A DNA stretch of 63,867 bases, the filler included, from Pelomyxa schiedti (taxonomy: Eukaryota > Protista > Evosea), in the NCBI GenBank assembly GCA_020536535.1. It is 6 parts of 6 records of this genome, joined end to end, with 100 filler letters (N's around TTAATTAATTAA, not from the genome) between each part and the next. Parts side by side here need not be neighbours in the genome. Positions count along the whole stretch, not along the records: positions 1 to 28,961 come from JAHLWZ010000226.1; positions 29,062 to 38,327 come from JAHLWZ010000446.1; 4 more parts are not named here. One strand, given 5' to 3'. Position numbers and translations under genes: made by a program. Of the stretch, positions 22,812 through 35,260 are shown piece after piece (position 1 is the stretch's first letter; every line of letters starts with the position of its first letter). The notes under the pieces were generated by a model. It was given only the letters and a program-made list of their open reading frames with translations, did no database searches and was not told the DNA's origin.

Positions 22812-23944
22812 ATGGCACGGACCAAGCAGACGGCACGCAAGTCGACCGGCGGCAAAGGTTGTCTGCCCTTCTAATGACTGCTTATTTTTTGTATTTTCAT
22901 TTTTAATATTAATTTATTTTATTTTTTTTTTTTTCCCCGCCCAACCTTACGTGCCATTGTGTATGTACACCAGCGCCGCGCAAGCATATTGCGTCCAAGG
23001 CAGCGGCACAGCCCAGCAAGCCGGCTGCGTCGGGAATACAGAAGCCACATAGGTTCCGCCCTGGTATGCCATGCCNNNNNNNNNNNNNNNNNNNNNNNNN
23101 NNNNNNNNNNNNNNNNNNNNNNNNNNNNNNNNNNNNNNNNNNNNNNNNNNNNNNNNNNNNNNNNNNNNNNNNNNNCATTGTGTATGTACACCAGCGCCGC
23201 GCAAGCATATTGCGTCCAAGGCAGCGGCACAGCCCAGCAAGCCGGCTGCGTCGGGAATACAGAAGCCACATAGGTTCCGCCCTGGTATGCCATGCCATGC
23301 CAGTCCGTCTTCAATCACGCTACTTGCTTTGATTTAATTAACCCCTCCCCCTTATTTATATATACAATTGCGTGCACTCACTCGCCACATACACACTGGG
23401 CAGGTACCGTCGCTCTGCGCGAAATAAGGAAATTCCAAAAGTCTACTGAGCTGTTAATAAGGAAGGCTGTGTTCCAGAGACTCGTCAGGGAGATTGCCCA
23501 GGGTTCGTTTGTGTGTCCTTCCTTTATAACTTACAGTTACCGTATCATCATTATTCTTTATTCTCCTACCTTCTACAGAACCGCTGATAATGCTTCTATT
23601 ACTATTTTCTTCTTTCACAAGCGTTTAACCTAGTTTTACATTGCAGACTACAAAACTGACCTGAGGTTTGAGTCTGTAGCTGTAACTGCTCTGCAAGAAG
23701 CTGCTGAGGCTTACATTACCGGTACGAACACTACCTATCCTCTCTATTGTTTTGTTGTTGTGTTGCAGCCCGGCCCTTATCACTGTACTTAGGACTGTAT
23801 GAAGACTCCAACCTATGTGCTATCCGTATGTCCCTCTTTTCCTGGTTTTAATGTTAATATATATGCGGAACAGATGCAAAGCGAATAACTATTTGGCCAA
23901 AGGATTTCCAGTTGGCCCGTAGGCTTCGTGGTGAGAGGGTGTAG
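22812..23944 (+). CDS. H3: Divergent histone H3 variant, 5 introns
   Basis: Spliced product [137 protein letters not shown]; exon 2 appears twice only because of the overlap at the gap. Confidence 0.95.
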
Positions 23945-24090
23945 TAAAAATGTAGTACTGTTGACTTCCCATATGGGATAAAGAAAAGAGTTGTTGCAAA
24001 ATTAGTTTCTTTTATTTGTTTGGTGTTAGGCACAACAATTCACAATGATACACACGATATTAAACAAATTCAGAACAGGCAAGCCCGATT

Positions 24091-27000
24091 TCACTTGCCA
24101 GTAAAGAGAGCCACAAAGAACCCCGATAACAGTAAAACATCAAAAGCAGCACAGCTTATTAGAAGTGAGCCCAGTATCAGTCTTCCTCTGCCCGGTTTTG
24201 ACTCTTGGCCCACCCATCTGTATGCAATAACAAGAGTTGCCACGGCAGAAATACAGACCGCGCATAGTAAGGAATAGTAAAGAGCCACTTTGTTACTGTG
24301 GCCAGGATCAACGCTCTCGGAAGAGTGAACTGAGGAAAGGGTTTTAGAGTTAGCTGAATTTGGATTGGAGTAATACCAAGGTGATCGGTACCGTTCCAGG
24401 AAAATCCAACCGGCCCCATCAACAGCCCCACAACAGCACATATACCAACAATCCCTAATCCTGGTACACAGGTTAAAGAAGTGCATTGGAGAGTGGAAAG
24501 TACCGGCCACCAAAAGAGCTTTTGGAGCTTGTCTCTGCCACCATTCTCCACGGAAGAAAGTTTTGAACTTCCTGCCTTTAGTGGTGCCGTACTCTGTTTG
24601 AGGTATTTCGGCGTCATTGTTGAGTGAGAACTGTGATGTTACTGGATCCTCAAATGAAACACTCAGGTAAGCGGTGCTCAACTCTGTTTCGTTGCAGGGT
24701 TGCTTGGTTTCACAGGTAGTGGAAAGTTCCAGGTAACTGGAGGGTTTATCAAGAGTTTTTCTGATTTGTTCCAGTTTCGACAGTTTCTTTTGTCGAGTAT
24801 CTGCAGTTGTTGGGGAAGTGCAAACTGCTGCATATGGATTTTTGCTGCCGTTCAGCTTTCTGGTCCTGGGGCATGATGTCCGCTTATTGGAAGTGGTGAC
24901 CTTGAGATTGGATTTTGAGCTTGAGTACTGTGGGTGCCCTGCTCTAGAGAAAGAAGGTTTTGTGAAGTGTAACGTTGTGCGTTCCAGTGGTTGAAGCTCA
25001 AGGAGAGAGTAGCTCCCTTTTTTCCCAGAGGGTTCCAGAACGGGGTCTATATTTTGGTCAGCAAGATATCTCGTTGTTTTATTCGTCGTCTCAATGGCGA
25101 TTTCAGTGTTCAGTGGCCTTTCTGGATCATCTTCTATTGTTTCCAATATATGCAGGTTCAGGGCAATATCCGCTCTAGTTTCAGCGAGAGTTTCCGTGAA
25201 TGGGGGTTTAGTGTGATTTGCCGCAGATTCGACAGAGATGATGTATTCGCCCACTTTGGTTATAGATTTTCTCTCAGCTTTTATTGCAGGTTGGGAGGAA
25301 AGATGATGCTGGAAAGGTGAATTGGCAAAAGGGGGTAAGTTCGCAGTCGATGTTGGTGCAGCGGAGAGAATAGGAGGCAATCTTTGTGGTGGGTATGGTA
25401 ACGTCTGTGAAGTACGACGGGTAGCACTTGGAATGTGGTGCCGTAATTGTGGAAGGGAGGGTGCTATTAATGTTGAAGAACTGGTTGCGTGCTGGGCCAT
25501 GTCACATGGAGTACAACCACTGAGATTACACGAAGACATATCAGCTTGATGTGAAAGTAGTAGCTTGGTTCTGCAAATTGCGAATGGTGAGATGGGAAAA
25601 CAAGAAATTCAGAGTTACGTTTGGGGATGTGCATAAAAGCAAGAATAGTGAAGAGGAGAGTTCCCCATGCTATCCTTTGAATTCACTACAGATAGGGCAG
25701 GGGCCTTCTGAAGACACCATCCGAGCAGATCGGCAAACCTGGTAGGTTTTACACAAGAGTATAGTTTCGCTACGCAAACCCTTTTATAGATGCGTAATGG
25801 AGGATATTTCTGTGGAAATTGTCTTCGAGAGAGACATCAATGGCATTGCCCTCCATACTATTATGTATAAAACGGAGAGTAAAACTGAAGAAATGGAAGT
25901 GTACTTGTCTATGAGTCTCATGGCATTTAAAACCACTTTCTCCAGCCCTTGTGGTGGAAGGGCACTCACTTGGTTAATGTTTTCTTGAATGGTTGAAGTC
26001 GTTGTTGAGGTCGATGTCTGACCGATTGAAAGTATTTGCATTGCGACAGACTTAGGACTTTCTACCCGGCCACTAAACTTCAAACCAATCTGGGAGTAGT
26101 TGATGGGGGAAAAAGATGTGGAAAGGAAACCAATTGTAAAGCAATTTCCAGCAGCCTTTGGTCCGAATCTGAGTAGAAAGTGAACGAAATGGATAGTAGA
26201 GACACAAAATACCGTCCCGATAGGTGAAGAGAGCGGGCTCATTTGCACTAGATTCATTGCCATTGATTGTAACATGAACGGTGCCTATAGTTGATAAATC
26301 AAAACCGTTTTGAAATGGATAAAACGTTACCAGCTTTTCCAGAAGGAGGAAGAGTGCAGACAATAGTTGTGGCGTTCCAACAACTGTACCACTAGGTAAT
26401 TATCTCACACACCATTAAAAACTTTTACTTAAGTGAAAGTGCTATGTAAGGTCCAAAATGTACAAGATTGCTAGAGCTGAACCCTGTCCCAAGTAGTGTT
26501 ACCTGCCACATATAAACTTTGTGTTGTATCGCTAGGTGTTGTTACCTCTATTCCACCTGCTATTGGACCAATGTTTGGAATGACCTTCTGGATGACGGGA
26601 GTAGTATGCTTATCTTCATAATCTATCGTGTTATTTAGACTCTTAGTGCATTTCAAATAGCACTACCAGGATCAATGCGAGGTCGCTTAGCTGTACGCTT
26701 TACCGATGTTTTGTGGTCGTCAGTGATTAGAACAGGTGAGGAAACACCTGTTAGTGAGAGTTAGAACTGATTACAAAGCAACCAAGTTCACTTGAGGCAA
26801 CAAGCTCCCCAGTAATTGGGTCTACAAGAGAAAGATGAATACGGAAGCCAACTTTTTCATTGTGATGTCTGCAATAACTGTATTGGGTTAACAGTTTTTC
26901 GAGGGAAAAAAAGCCTTGCCAAGTGATCCTGAGCGAGATTATTGCTTCCCCACTGGTAAAATCAATAAGCGGGCTACTGTGGAACTGCACAATTTTTCTT

Positions 27001-28961
27001 TGCTCTTGATCAATCATTTCAGGCCAGGCTCCTGAAACTCCAGCACTATTTAAACTGGGTGTTGAGGGTCTTGAACTTGGTTGGCTAGGACTTGGTGTAA
27101 TATTACTTGTGAAAGTTAGAGGACATATTGGGGAGTAAGGCTACTGTTTCTTTCTTTCCAAGGATCTTCTTTCACGTTGAACACAGCCCATACACATCAA
27201 TACTTCTGAAGAACGAAGTAATTACCTGGAGCAGAATGTTTTGGAAAAAAAAACCTCTATTATCGCTGGCACATAGAACTTTTGTTTGCACATTCAGGGT
27301 GGTTGAAAGGTCGTGCCCCTTCAACGAAGAAGAAGAAGAAGAATGTGTATTTACAGAACGCAGGTCATTATTGCACATATCTGGTGGCAAGTAGAGGTAT
27401 TTCCAGCGAAGGCCACCTCCAATCTTGGTTGTTTTGTGAAAAAACTTGGTGGGGTCCTGTGTACCTGTCCACTGGAAGCCACAAGTTGCACACATAATCG
27501 AATCTGTGTTTCAACTCTAGATTTTTGTGGTACTGTAGAGAGAAATTGGGAAAGGAGAAAAAGTGACAGAACTGAAACCTCCTAATAATCTAAGTTCCAT
27601 CGGATTACTGGTGTGGGAACAAGTTAGGGAAAAGAAATACCAACATTCATAGGATAAGTGTGAAGATACTTAGACTGTTGCCTGAATGCAGGCTGGGTTG
27701 TCCTACTTTCTATTGTAGAATGACTTGAGCTAACGCTGGTGTTCACCCTTCCAGCAGAGAAACTGGGAGGGGGTGGCGTTGGTGGAGGCGTCGCTGCTGG
27801 CGGCGTGGGTGTTGAATGCTCACTTAGGTACTCCTGGTTGTCGTTAGTTTATAGAGGCGACACTGTGGGTAAAGAAGAATACCATTAGAGGCGGAACTTG
27901 GGAAAGGGGCCGAAGACAGGATAGTTGCGAAGGTTGTTGCCTCTGTTGCAATTGTTGCCACTGTGGTGAAATGGAAGGTGTTTGTGAATGATTCAATGAT
28001 CCCTGAATGGGTGGTAGGAGTGGCTGCTGGAATGGAAGTTGTTGCGTGTGAAGGATTTGAGGTTGGTTTGGTTGTTTCTGACCGTAGAAATCAGCTCTAT
28101 TGGGAGATACAGAAACTCTAGGGAATCAGTTAGAAGTGTAGTTGTACTTTCTAAGGAATTCATCATTAAGAGGATTGTTACTGATTTTTGTACTTAGGGA
28201 TATCGGCAAACTCATCCGGGTTGAAATCAAGAAAAGGAAAGCTGTTTACTTCCTCACCAACAAGTCTTTCTGACAGTAAGACATTTCGCAGTTAGGAATG
28301 GGTACCTTGGGTATTGGACGGGCATCAAAGTCCCTCCTCCGTCCAATGAATAGTCTGTGTTTCCGCCATTTCCGATTGGAGGCAGCATCATAGCCGGGGG
28401 AGGCGGAGTGCCCCATCCCGATGCAGGTGAGGGAGTAGGAGATGAAGTTGGTGGCGTCGTGGCAGGAGTAGTAAACGGTGTCGGAGAGCACGACATAGAC
28501 AAATTGGAATTAGGAGCATTAGTGGTCCCGTTAGAGTTGAATCCGTGAGGACTCGATGCTGCGGAATTATTGTTTGGTGAAGGGACGGAAGGCGGTGGCT
28601 GAGGGGACGACTGCAAACTCGGGGAAATCTGAACTTGTTGCAATGGCAGTTCTTGCTGGTACCCTTGCAACAGAATGGGCCCGATCTGCTGTGGTGATTG
28701 GTACTGGTTGTTCTCGCCCATAGGAGGAAGTTGGGGCACAACTTCCCGGTCGTTGTTTGTCTGTTGCATTAAAGTATAAGGGGTGAATCCCACGATAGAA
28801 GGAGCCACGCTTGGAGGTGTTCCCACAATGGCACCTTGGGATTGTACGTCGGTAGAGGTTTTATCGCTACCAATTTCCGCGTTATTGTTGTAGTTTTTTT
28901 CGTAGTCGTACACAGAGCCGTGAGAAGGGGGCGTTGTTGAAAGTGACAAGGGAGCAACAGG
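24091..28961 (-). CDS. Spt23/Mga2-like membrane-bound transcription factor (DBD-IPT-ankyrin-TM), 5' partial
   Basis: RITCYCRHHNEKVGF...SSPVLITDDHK (Spt23/Mga2 signature); IPT domain PVIQKVIPNIGPIAGGIEVTLLG...FTYRD; ankyrin repeats RNILHYASIKG and GNSPLHYSCFY; C-terminal hydrophobic helices. Confidence 0.85.
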
Positions 28962-29005
28962 NNNNNNNNNNNNNNNNNNNNNNNNNNNNNNNNNNNNNNN
29001 NNNNN

Positions 29006-29017
29006 TTAATTAATTAA
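29006..29017. other. Artificial scaffold-joining linker TTAATTAATTAA (also at 38372, 56752, 60564, 62784)
   Basis: Six-frame stop linker embedded in N runs. Confidence 0.97.
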
Positions 29018-29172
29018 NNNNNNNNNNNNNNNNNNNNNNNNNNNNNNNNNNNNNNNNNNNNCTCCCAGTCTCCACCACCATCCATCGATCTTTCCTCGCT
29101 TTTTTTTCCTGTCCCAACCTCGCCCCCCCCTTTGCTACCTACACCCCCGCACCAGTACCAACCCCCAAACAA

Positions 29173-32100
29173 ATGAAGAAGAAAAAAGGAGGATCCAAAC
29201 ACAACAGCACAGGCACCAAGCAACAACAACACCCCAGCACCACCACACCGTCGTCGTCTCCTCCGCCCGGCGCCATCGCGGTTGCGGCGCCGCAGCAGCC
29301 AACAGCAACGACAGCGACGTCGTCCTCGTCCTCTGGTGCAGCTGCGCTCCCGGCGCCCTCGCCGTCTCCCTCGCCGTCGTCGCCGGTGCCCCCGTCGTCC
29401 GCGCCGTCGCCGTCGCCCTCGCCCTCGCCGTCTCTGTCCACGGCCCCGGCCCAGTCCCAGTCGCAGGGGGGCGGGGGCACCACCAACTCGCACGGCCACG
29501 CCGGGCCGCACCCCCAGCACCACGCCAAGAGCGGCTCATCGTCCGGCAGCGGTGGTGGTAATAACGGCAATTGTGGGAGCGGCGTGGCTGCCGCGGCGCA
29601 GCCCGGAGTGGGATTGGCTGCTGCTAATGCTACTAAACAGCCTCAAAGTCAAACTCAAACTCAAACTGCTCAGAAGCAGCAGAGGCCAAACTTGTCTCGA
29701 TCACCTTCCCCAAAGTGTGTTGTTTCTCCCTCCTCTACGAATTATTACCACTGAAAGTGACCTAACTTTACTGCGTTATGTCCCTTCCCAAAAAAAAAAC
29801 CATACAAACAACCCACACACTTAGCACTTCTGGAGGCTCAGGTGCTACTGGAACACCTCAAACAAGTGCTCCTCCTGCACAGCGTCCCACGTTGTTGATT
29901 GTTTCTGGGCAGCACCCTCCCCAACAGCCAATCACGGTGGCTACAGTTTCTTCTCCCCCTTCCTCTAATGCAAGTACTCCGTCTTCCACGCCGGCACTGC
30001 TTTCTCCCTCTTCTTCGCCTCAAAACGTGGAAACCCCCGCCGCCAAGCCAGAAGAATCTCCTCTTCTTGCGCTACATCAGAGCAAGAACCAACAGAACAA
30101 GGCTGTCCCGACAGCCACCTCGCCTCCTCTTGTGCAGCCCTCTGTTCAGCAGGAGTCGCAGCAACCTCTTCCCCCCACTCAACAAGACCAAGCAAATATT
30201 GTACAGCAACAAGGTGTGCAACCGCAGTCTATTGAGAGGTCCTCATCAGCTCCACCTGTAATTCTCCTTTACTTCCGCTCCCTTCATTCATTGTCAATAG
30301 GTACTACTAACCAGTGACGCCTTATTTGCTTTCAGACCTGAAGAATATGCTGTATTTTTTTTTTCCTAAAGGGCTATGCACAACTCACCACTTTTCTAGC
30401 TGCAAGACATAAGATGCCAAGAAGATTACTACGAATTCTACTATAAGAGTGATCAGAAAGGGTGCCTTCCTGCTCCGTTAGAAACTCAGGTTTTTCTAGT
30501 GCAGTATTTCACTGAACTGACCTAATATTCAGGGATTTCTTGTTGAGAAATCAGTAGCCGAAGACATTCCAACAAACATACCTCTAGAAGGCTTCACTCA
30601 AATTTCACAAGTGAGACAGGTATGCTGGGTTTTTACTAGATTTTCTTCCCTAATGAGAAAAAGAATCCTTCAAACAATTTCTTTGATTACAATTTCGAGG
30701 TTCCTGTTTCTTTGTCCCCTTCCACTGTTATCTTAATAAAATTACAGCCACAAAAAGAAAACACAGCCCGGCTTTATCTTAATAGCCCTGCCCTGGCTGA
30801 TAGTTCACCTGTACAAACCTGTCTCTTTTTTTTTTTTACCAAACCTGCATGCAGGTTTGGTCACCTCTGACTCGTAAAATTGCTTCTGCTGTTTTGGATG
30901 ACTTCGACTTGGATGATGAACACCCTGGCACTGTCAATGGCCAGCTGACCAATCTGACTAACGGCAACGTTTGTGGTTCCCCTCTATCAGAAGACTCAGG
31001 CATTTCAAATGGAAGCTTATTACTTGCAGCCAATTCACATCCTTCACGAAGTCAACTCCAACAGCACCAGGCGGCTTTGCTACAACAGGCACAGATACAA
31101 ATGCCCTCACAGCAGATGCAACCAAGGCCGCCGCCTTCTTTATCTGCAGACATCAACTCACGGGAAAATACTTATTCACTTCACAATTCTCTCCCCAGTG
31201 TACCACACTATAGATATGAGGAAAATCCCCCAGAAAAAGGTTGGAATACAAGTATCCCTTCGTAATTAACTTGAGTTAGCGAGACAAGTACCCACGGCGA
31301 AATCTCGTTGCAGGTAGCTTCGCACTCTTGTCTTCAACACATCTAATTTCAATTTCCAGGTTTTATCTTCAGGGTTGCTGTGTGCGAGAAAATTGCCCCT
31401 TTTTGCATGAACTTCCTGGAAGTCAACAACCCCCTATATCTCACACACCTCCATCACATTTGCAGGCTCCTGCTTCTTTTTCTGTGCAGTCTTCTGCTCC
31501 TCCCATATCATCCCACCTCCTCCTTAATCCACATACCGGTATACCCACTTCGACTTCACCACCACCTGCTATTGGAATGGGAGGTGTTATTGGAGCTAAC
31601 TACATACCAAAATCTGTCAACCCCAATGCTGCAGCTGTAACAACATCATGGAATTCTCGAAAGCCGAGTCCAGAAGAAGGTAGTATGTTTTTCCATATGA
31701 AGGCTAACAACGTTCTCAGTAATGAAAAATTTCCCACCAATTGAATCTCTTATTGGAAGGCTTTATGGTCTTTGTCAGGATCAATTTGGGTGCAGATATC
31801 TGCAAAAACAACTTGATGAGGGTGACCCAACAGTAAGTTTATAAAAGGTGTTCTTGCACTCACCTGGCTTAGGTGGCAAGTCACATCTTCAATGAAGTTG
31901 TTGATTATATGTCCGTACTTATGGCAGGTGAATAGTTATCTCCAAGAAATATCCACCCCGTTTACCAATGTCAGATCCATTTGGCAATTATTTAGCACAG
32001 AAAATCCTGGAACACGCCACTGATACCCAACGTTACCGCATTGTGCAGGTGTGCTCCTCCCTCCACTTTTCTTTTGAGACCGTTTCTAGGTTGTTGCCAA

Positions 32101-33288
32101 GGATCTGGAGCGAATTTCCATGAATATGCATGGAACAAGAGCTGTCCAAAAGCTAATTGAAAATCTCAAGAACCCCGAAGAGGTATTTTGCACTCCACAA
32201 AGCTGGGTTCTTACTGTTTTAGATTCGGCTTGTAAGAGAATCGTTGCGCCACAGTGTAGTGCGCCTAATACAAGATCTTAACGGGAATCATGTTATTCAA
32301 CGTTGTCTACACGTTCTGCAACCAGCTGACAAGCAATTTATTTATGATGCCGTGACTGAGGAAGGCCACATTGTCGATGTTTGTTTTTGTTTCAAAGAAA
32401 AATCCACTTATACTCTAAAGGTGGCAACACATCGACATGGTTGCTGCGTCCTGCAAAGATGCATTGATCATGCCTCTGATCAACAAAAGGTTTTTCATTT
32501 TTTTTTGAATCATTCATGACTCTTACACTTTTCAAGGCTCAACTTGTTCATGAAATTGTGAACAACTCACTTCCTCTGGTTCAAGACCCATTTGGTATCC
32601 AAACTCTTTTCAATTCCGTTTCGGTGAAATCCATTAGGAAATTATGTTGTGCAATATGTTCTTGAACTTCCCCTTGCAAATATAGCCCGTGGGCTAGCCC
32701 ATCAACTGAAAGGGTACATTGCTGAACTCAGCATGCAAAAATTTAGCTCCAATGTGATGGAAAAGGTTTCCCGTTCATATTCGTAAATGTTCCAACTCAT
32801 CCCGAACAAAGATCATCCAATCTGGGGATCTCGAGGCCAAGTACCTCGTTGTCAAGGAGATAACAGAATCACCGGAGATTGCAACATTGCTTCAAGACCC
32901 CTTTGGAAATTATGTAGTACAAACTGCCCTCAGCCACGCAGGTAACACCTCAAACACATTACCAAACCAACTGGACTCATATTCTTTCCTCTCTCTCCCA
33001 GACCCCTCACAGCACAGAGCCCTTGTTGAAAAGATAAACCCGCATTTACCGCAGCTGCGGAACACACCCTATGGCAAAAGGATACAAACCAAAGTGATGA
33101 AAGAGGGCCGGAACCCAATACTGATACAGCCTCCCATCCAACTACCAATACAGCAACCAATACAACCACAGCAACAGCTACCACCCCCGCAGCCCACACA
33201 TTCACCACAACAATCACAGCAACAGCCACAACAACCAGGAGGGAGGCGCCATCAGCAGCACCAACAAGTGGGTGGTCACCGTGGATAG
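29173..33288 (+). CDS. Pumilio/PUF RNA-binding protein with CCCH zinc finger
   Basis: Eight PUF repeats (CRYLQ, NYLAQ, TRAVQ, NHVIQ, CCVLQ, NYVVQ, SNVME, NYVVQ); CCCH finger CRFYLQGCCVRENCPFLH; RSSSAPP and DIR..EDYYEFYY motifs. Confidence 0.92.
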
Positions 33289-33603
33289 TTGTTACTATCT
33301 ACCCCACCAAATCCACAAAGGTGCTTGTATTACCAATCACCCCAAATACCCCAGTACCACCATATATGTTTGTTGTTGTCCTTTGGGCCATATGTCTGTA
33401 TGTTGTCTGTTTTAAAAATAAAGTTCCTCAATGACACACAAGGAAGCAAAAACACTGACTGTAATAAATAAATACAGTATTATGTTCGAAAAAAGGACTG
33501 TATTCTCCGCGTTGGTAGTTTATTGACACAAACGCCGCTTCCCTCTTCTGTATTGAAGAGAAACGAGAGAAGGTGGGAATGTTTACCCGAACGAGCCAGC
33601 TAT

Positions 33604-34734
33604 TCAAGACCAGCAAATAAGCTTTAACCAACCCTGGCTGTTCCACAAATCAGTTGTTGAGCCTGATCGCCATCCGCCGCGGCCATTGCCTCCCAGGTAC
33701 CAGCTCAGCCGGTGTTCCGCATCCACGTAGCTAACATCAGAATGGGCCAAGTTCACGGCCGCGGTAGGTGAGAACCCAAAGCACAGGCCTTCCACAAAGT
33801 ACCAGTAAGTACCCCGGTGCTTGACTGCTTCTGTGCGGGATTCAGTCCTCCGGCACACCTTGGTCCTCCTTCCCACTGCAACTAGTGCGAGTTCCTCACT
33901 CCCAACCTAATCCACTTAGCAAAACAATAACACAATGGTTCGAAATACGCAGTCATTAATTTTATAATAATATACCCAAACTAACATATCGTACTAGTGT
34001 TTCACTTATCCCACAATCCACACACAGAGGCACTGCGCGCACACAAACCTGCTGGGATGCAACCAACAGCCACTCACCGCGGCCGGGGTCGATGTTCTCA
34101 GGCTGCGTGGCGTGGCAGTACGCCTCCCTGTAGTGCACGTTCCAGCCCCCCCCGCGCAGAGCCGCCGAGACCGGGACGTTGGTGGCTATGCCCCCGGGGG
34201 CCGGGGCCCAGCAGCACGGCCCCACCTGGTTGCGCAGCGCCTGGATCTCGGCCCGCAGCTGGGCCTCGCTGCGGCGGCGGGCCTGCTCCACGGCGCGGAG
34301 GGAGTCGGCGAGGGCCCGGTTGGCGGCGACCAGCGAGGACAGGACGGCGCCAAGCGNNNNNNNNNNNNNNNNNNNNNNNNNNNNNNNNNNNNNNNNNNNN
34401 NNNNNNNNNNNNNNNNNNNNNNNNNNNNNNNNNNNNNNNNNNNNNNNNNNNNNNNNAGCGCCTGGATCTCGGCCCGCAGCTGGGCCTCGCTGCGGCGGCG
34501 GGCCTGCTCCACGGCGCGGAGGGAGTCGGCGAGGGCCCGGTTGGCGGCGACCAGCGAGGACAGGACGGCGCCAAGCGGGGGAGCCGCGAGGGGGCACGTG
34601 GCCGCGTGGTGGCCCCCCGTGCACGCCTCTGAAGCCCACGGAGGCAGGGGCAGCGTGGAGGTGTCGACCAGCAACATATCCAATGGGTCACTACTACCTT
34701 GTGGCAGGGCGACCTGTTCTGCTGCCTCCCGCAT
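33604..34734 (-). CDS. Coiled-coil protein with an aromatic-rich uncharacterised C-terminal domain
   Basis: Coiled coil LVAANRALADSLRAVEQARRRSEAQLRAEIQAL, then GGWNVHYREAY...GTYWYF...FGFSP...RLSWYLGG..GGWRSG; intron at ~33906-34046. Confidence 0.7.
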
Positions 34735-35260
34735 CGCCAACCTAACCTCTTTCTGGAAAAAACGAGAAAAAAAACATCACATCCCACAATTCAGCTCCAC
34801 AGAATGGGAACTTTGCCCCTGCCTCCCTCGGACGCGAAAATCTCGGCAAATATTCCGTGTGGGCTTGGGGTTCACTCGGGGTGGAAGGACCAGAAAAAGA
34901 ATTGTGTGAGGACTTTTTTTTTTCTTGGGGGTTGTGGCTAGTTCTGTCAGGTGGCAGTCACTGACACTTCAATCACCATCAAGGAAATTCCTGTTCCCGT
35001 AAATTTGCCACTGATGGAAAGAAGATCAACGCAACTTCGGCGGGCCAGAAAAGGCATAAATAATCGTACCATCATTGCCTGGGTCGTTTGCGTCAAATAT
35101 CCTTGTCCTCTCTCGGCTGACCCATAATACCGACAATGGCGTCGTCCCGTCAAATGGCGTGCAGCACTCGGTCGTTGGACGGTGCGTTGCGATGTATTCG
35201 TACAAAGGAAGGAAAAGCAACTGTCGTTCCTCCCTAGGGAGATTTACGGATTTCGTGTAA

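Noticed and set aside
22955-23296. Apparent duplication of histone H3 exon 2
   Set aside because: Exact 121-bp overlap on either side of a 100-N gap; the same 121-bp overlap occurs at other gaps, so it is an assembler k-mer artefact.
34236-34577. Apparent tandem repeat of a coiled-coil segment
   Set aside because: Exact 121-bp overlap flanking a 100-N gap.
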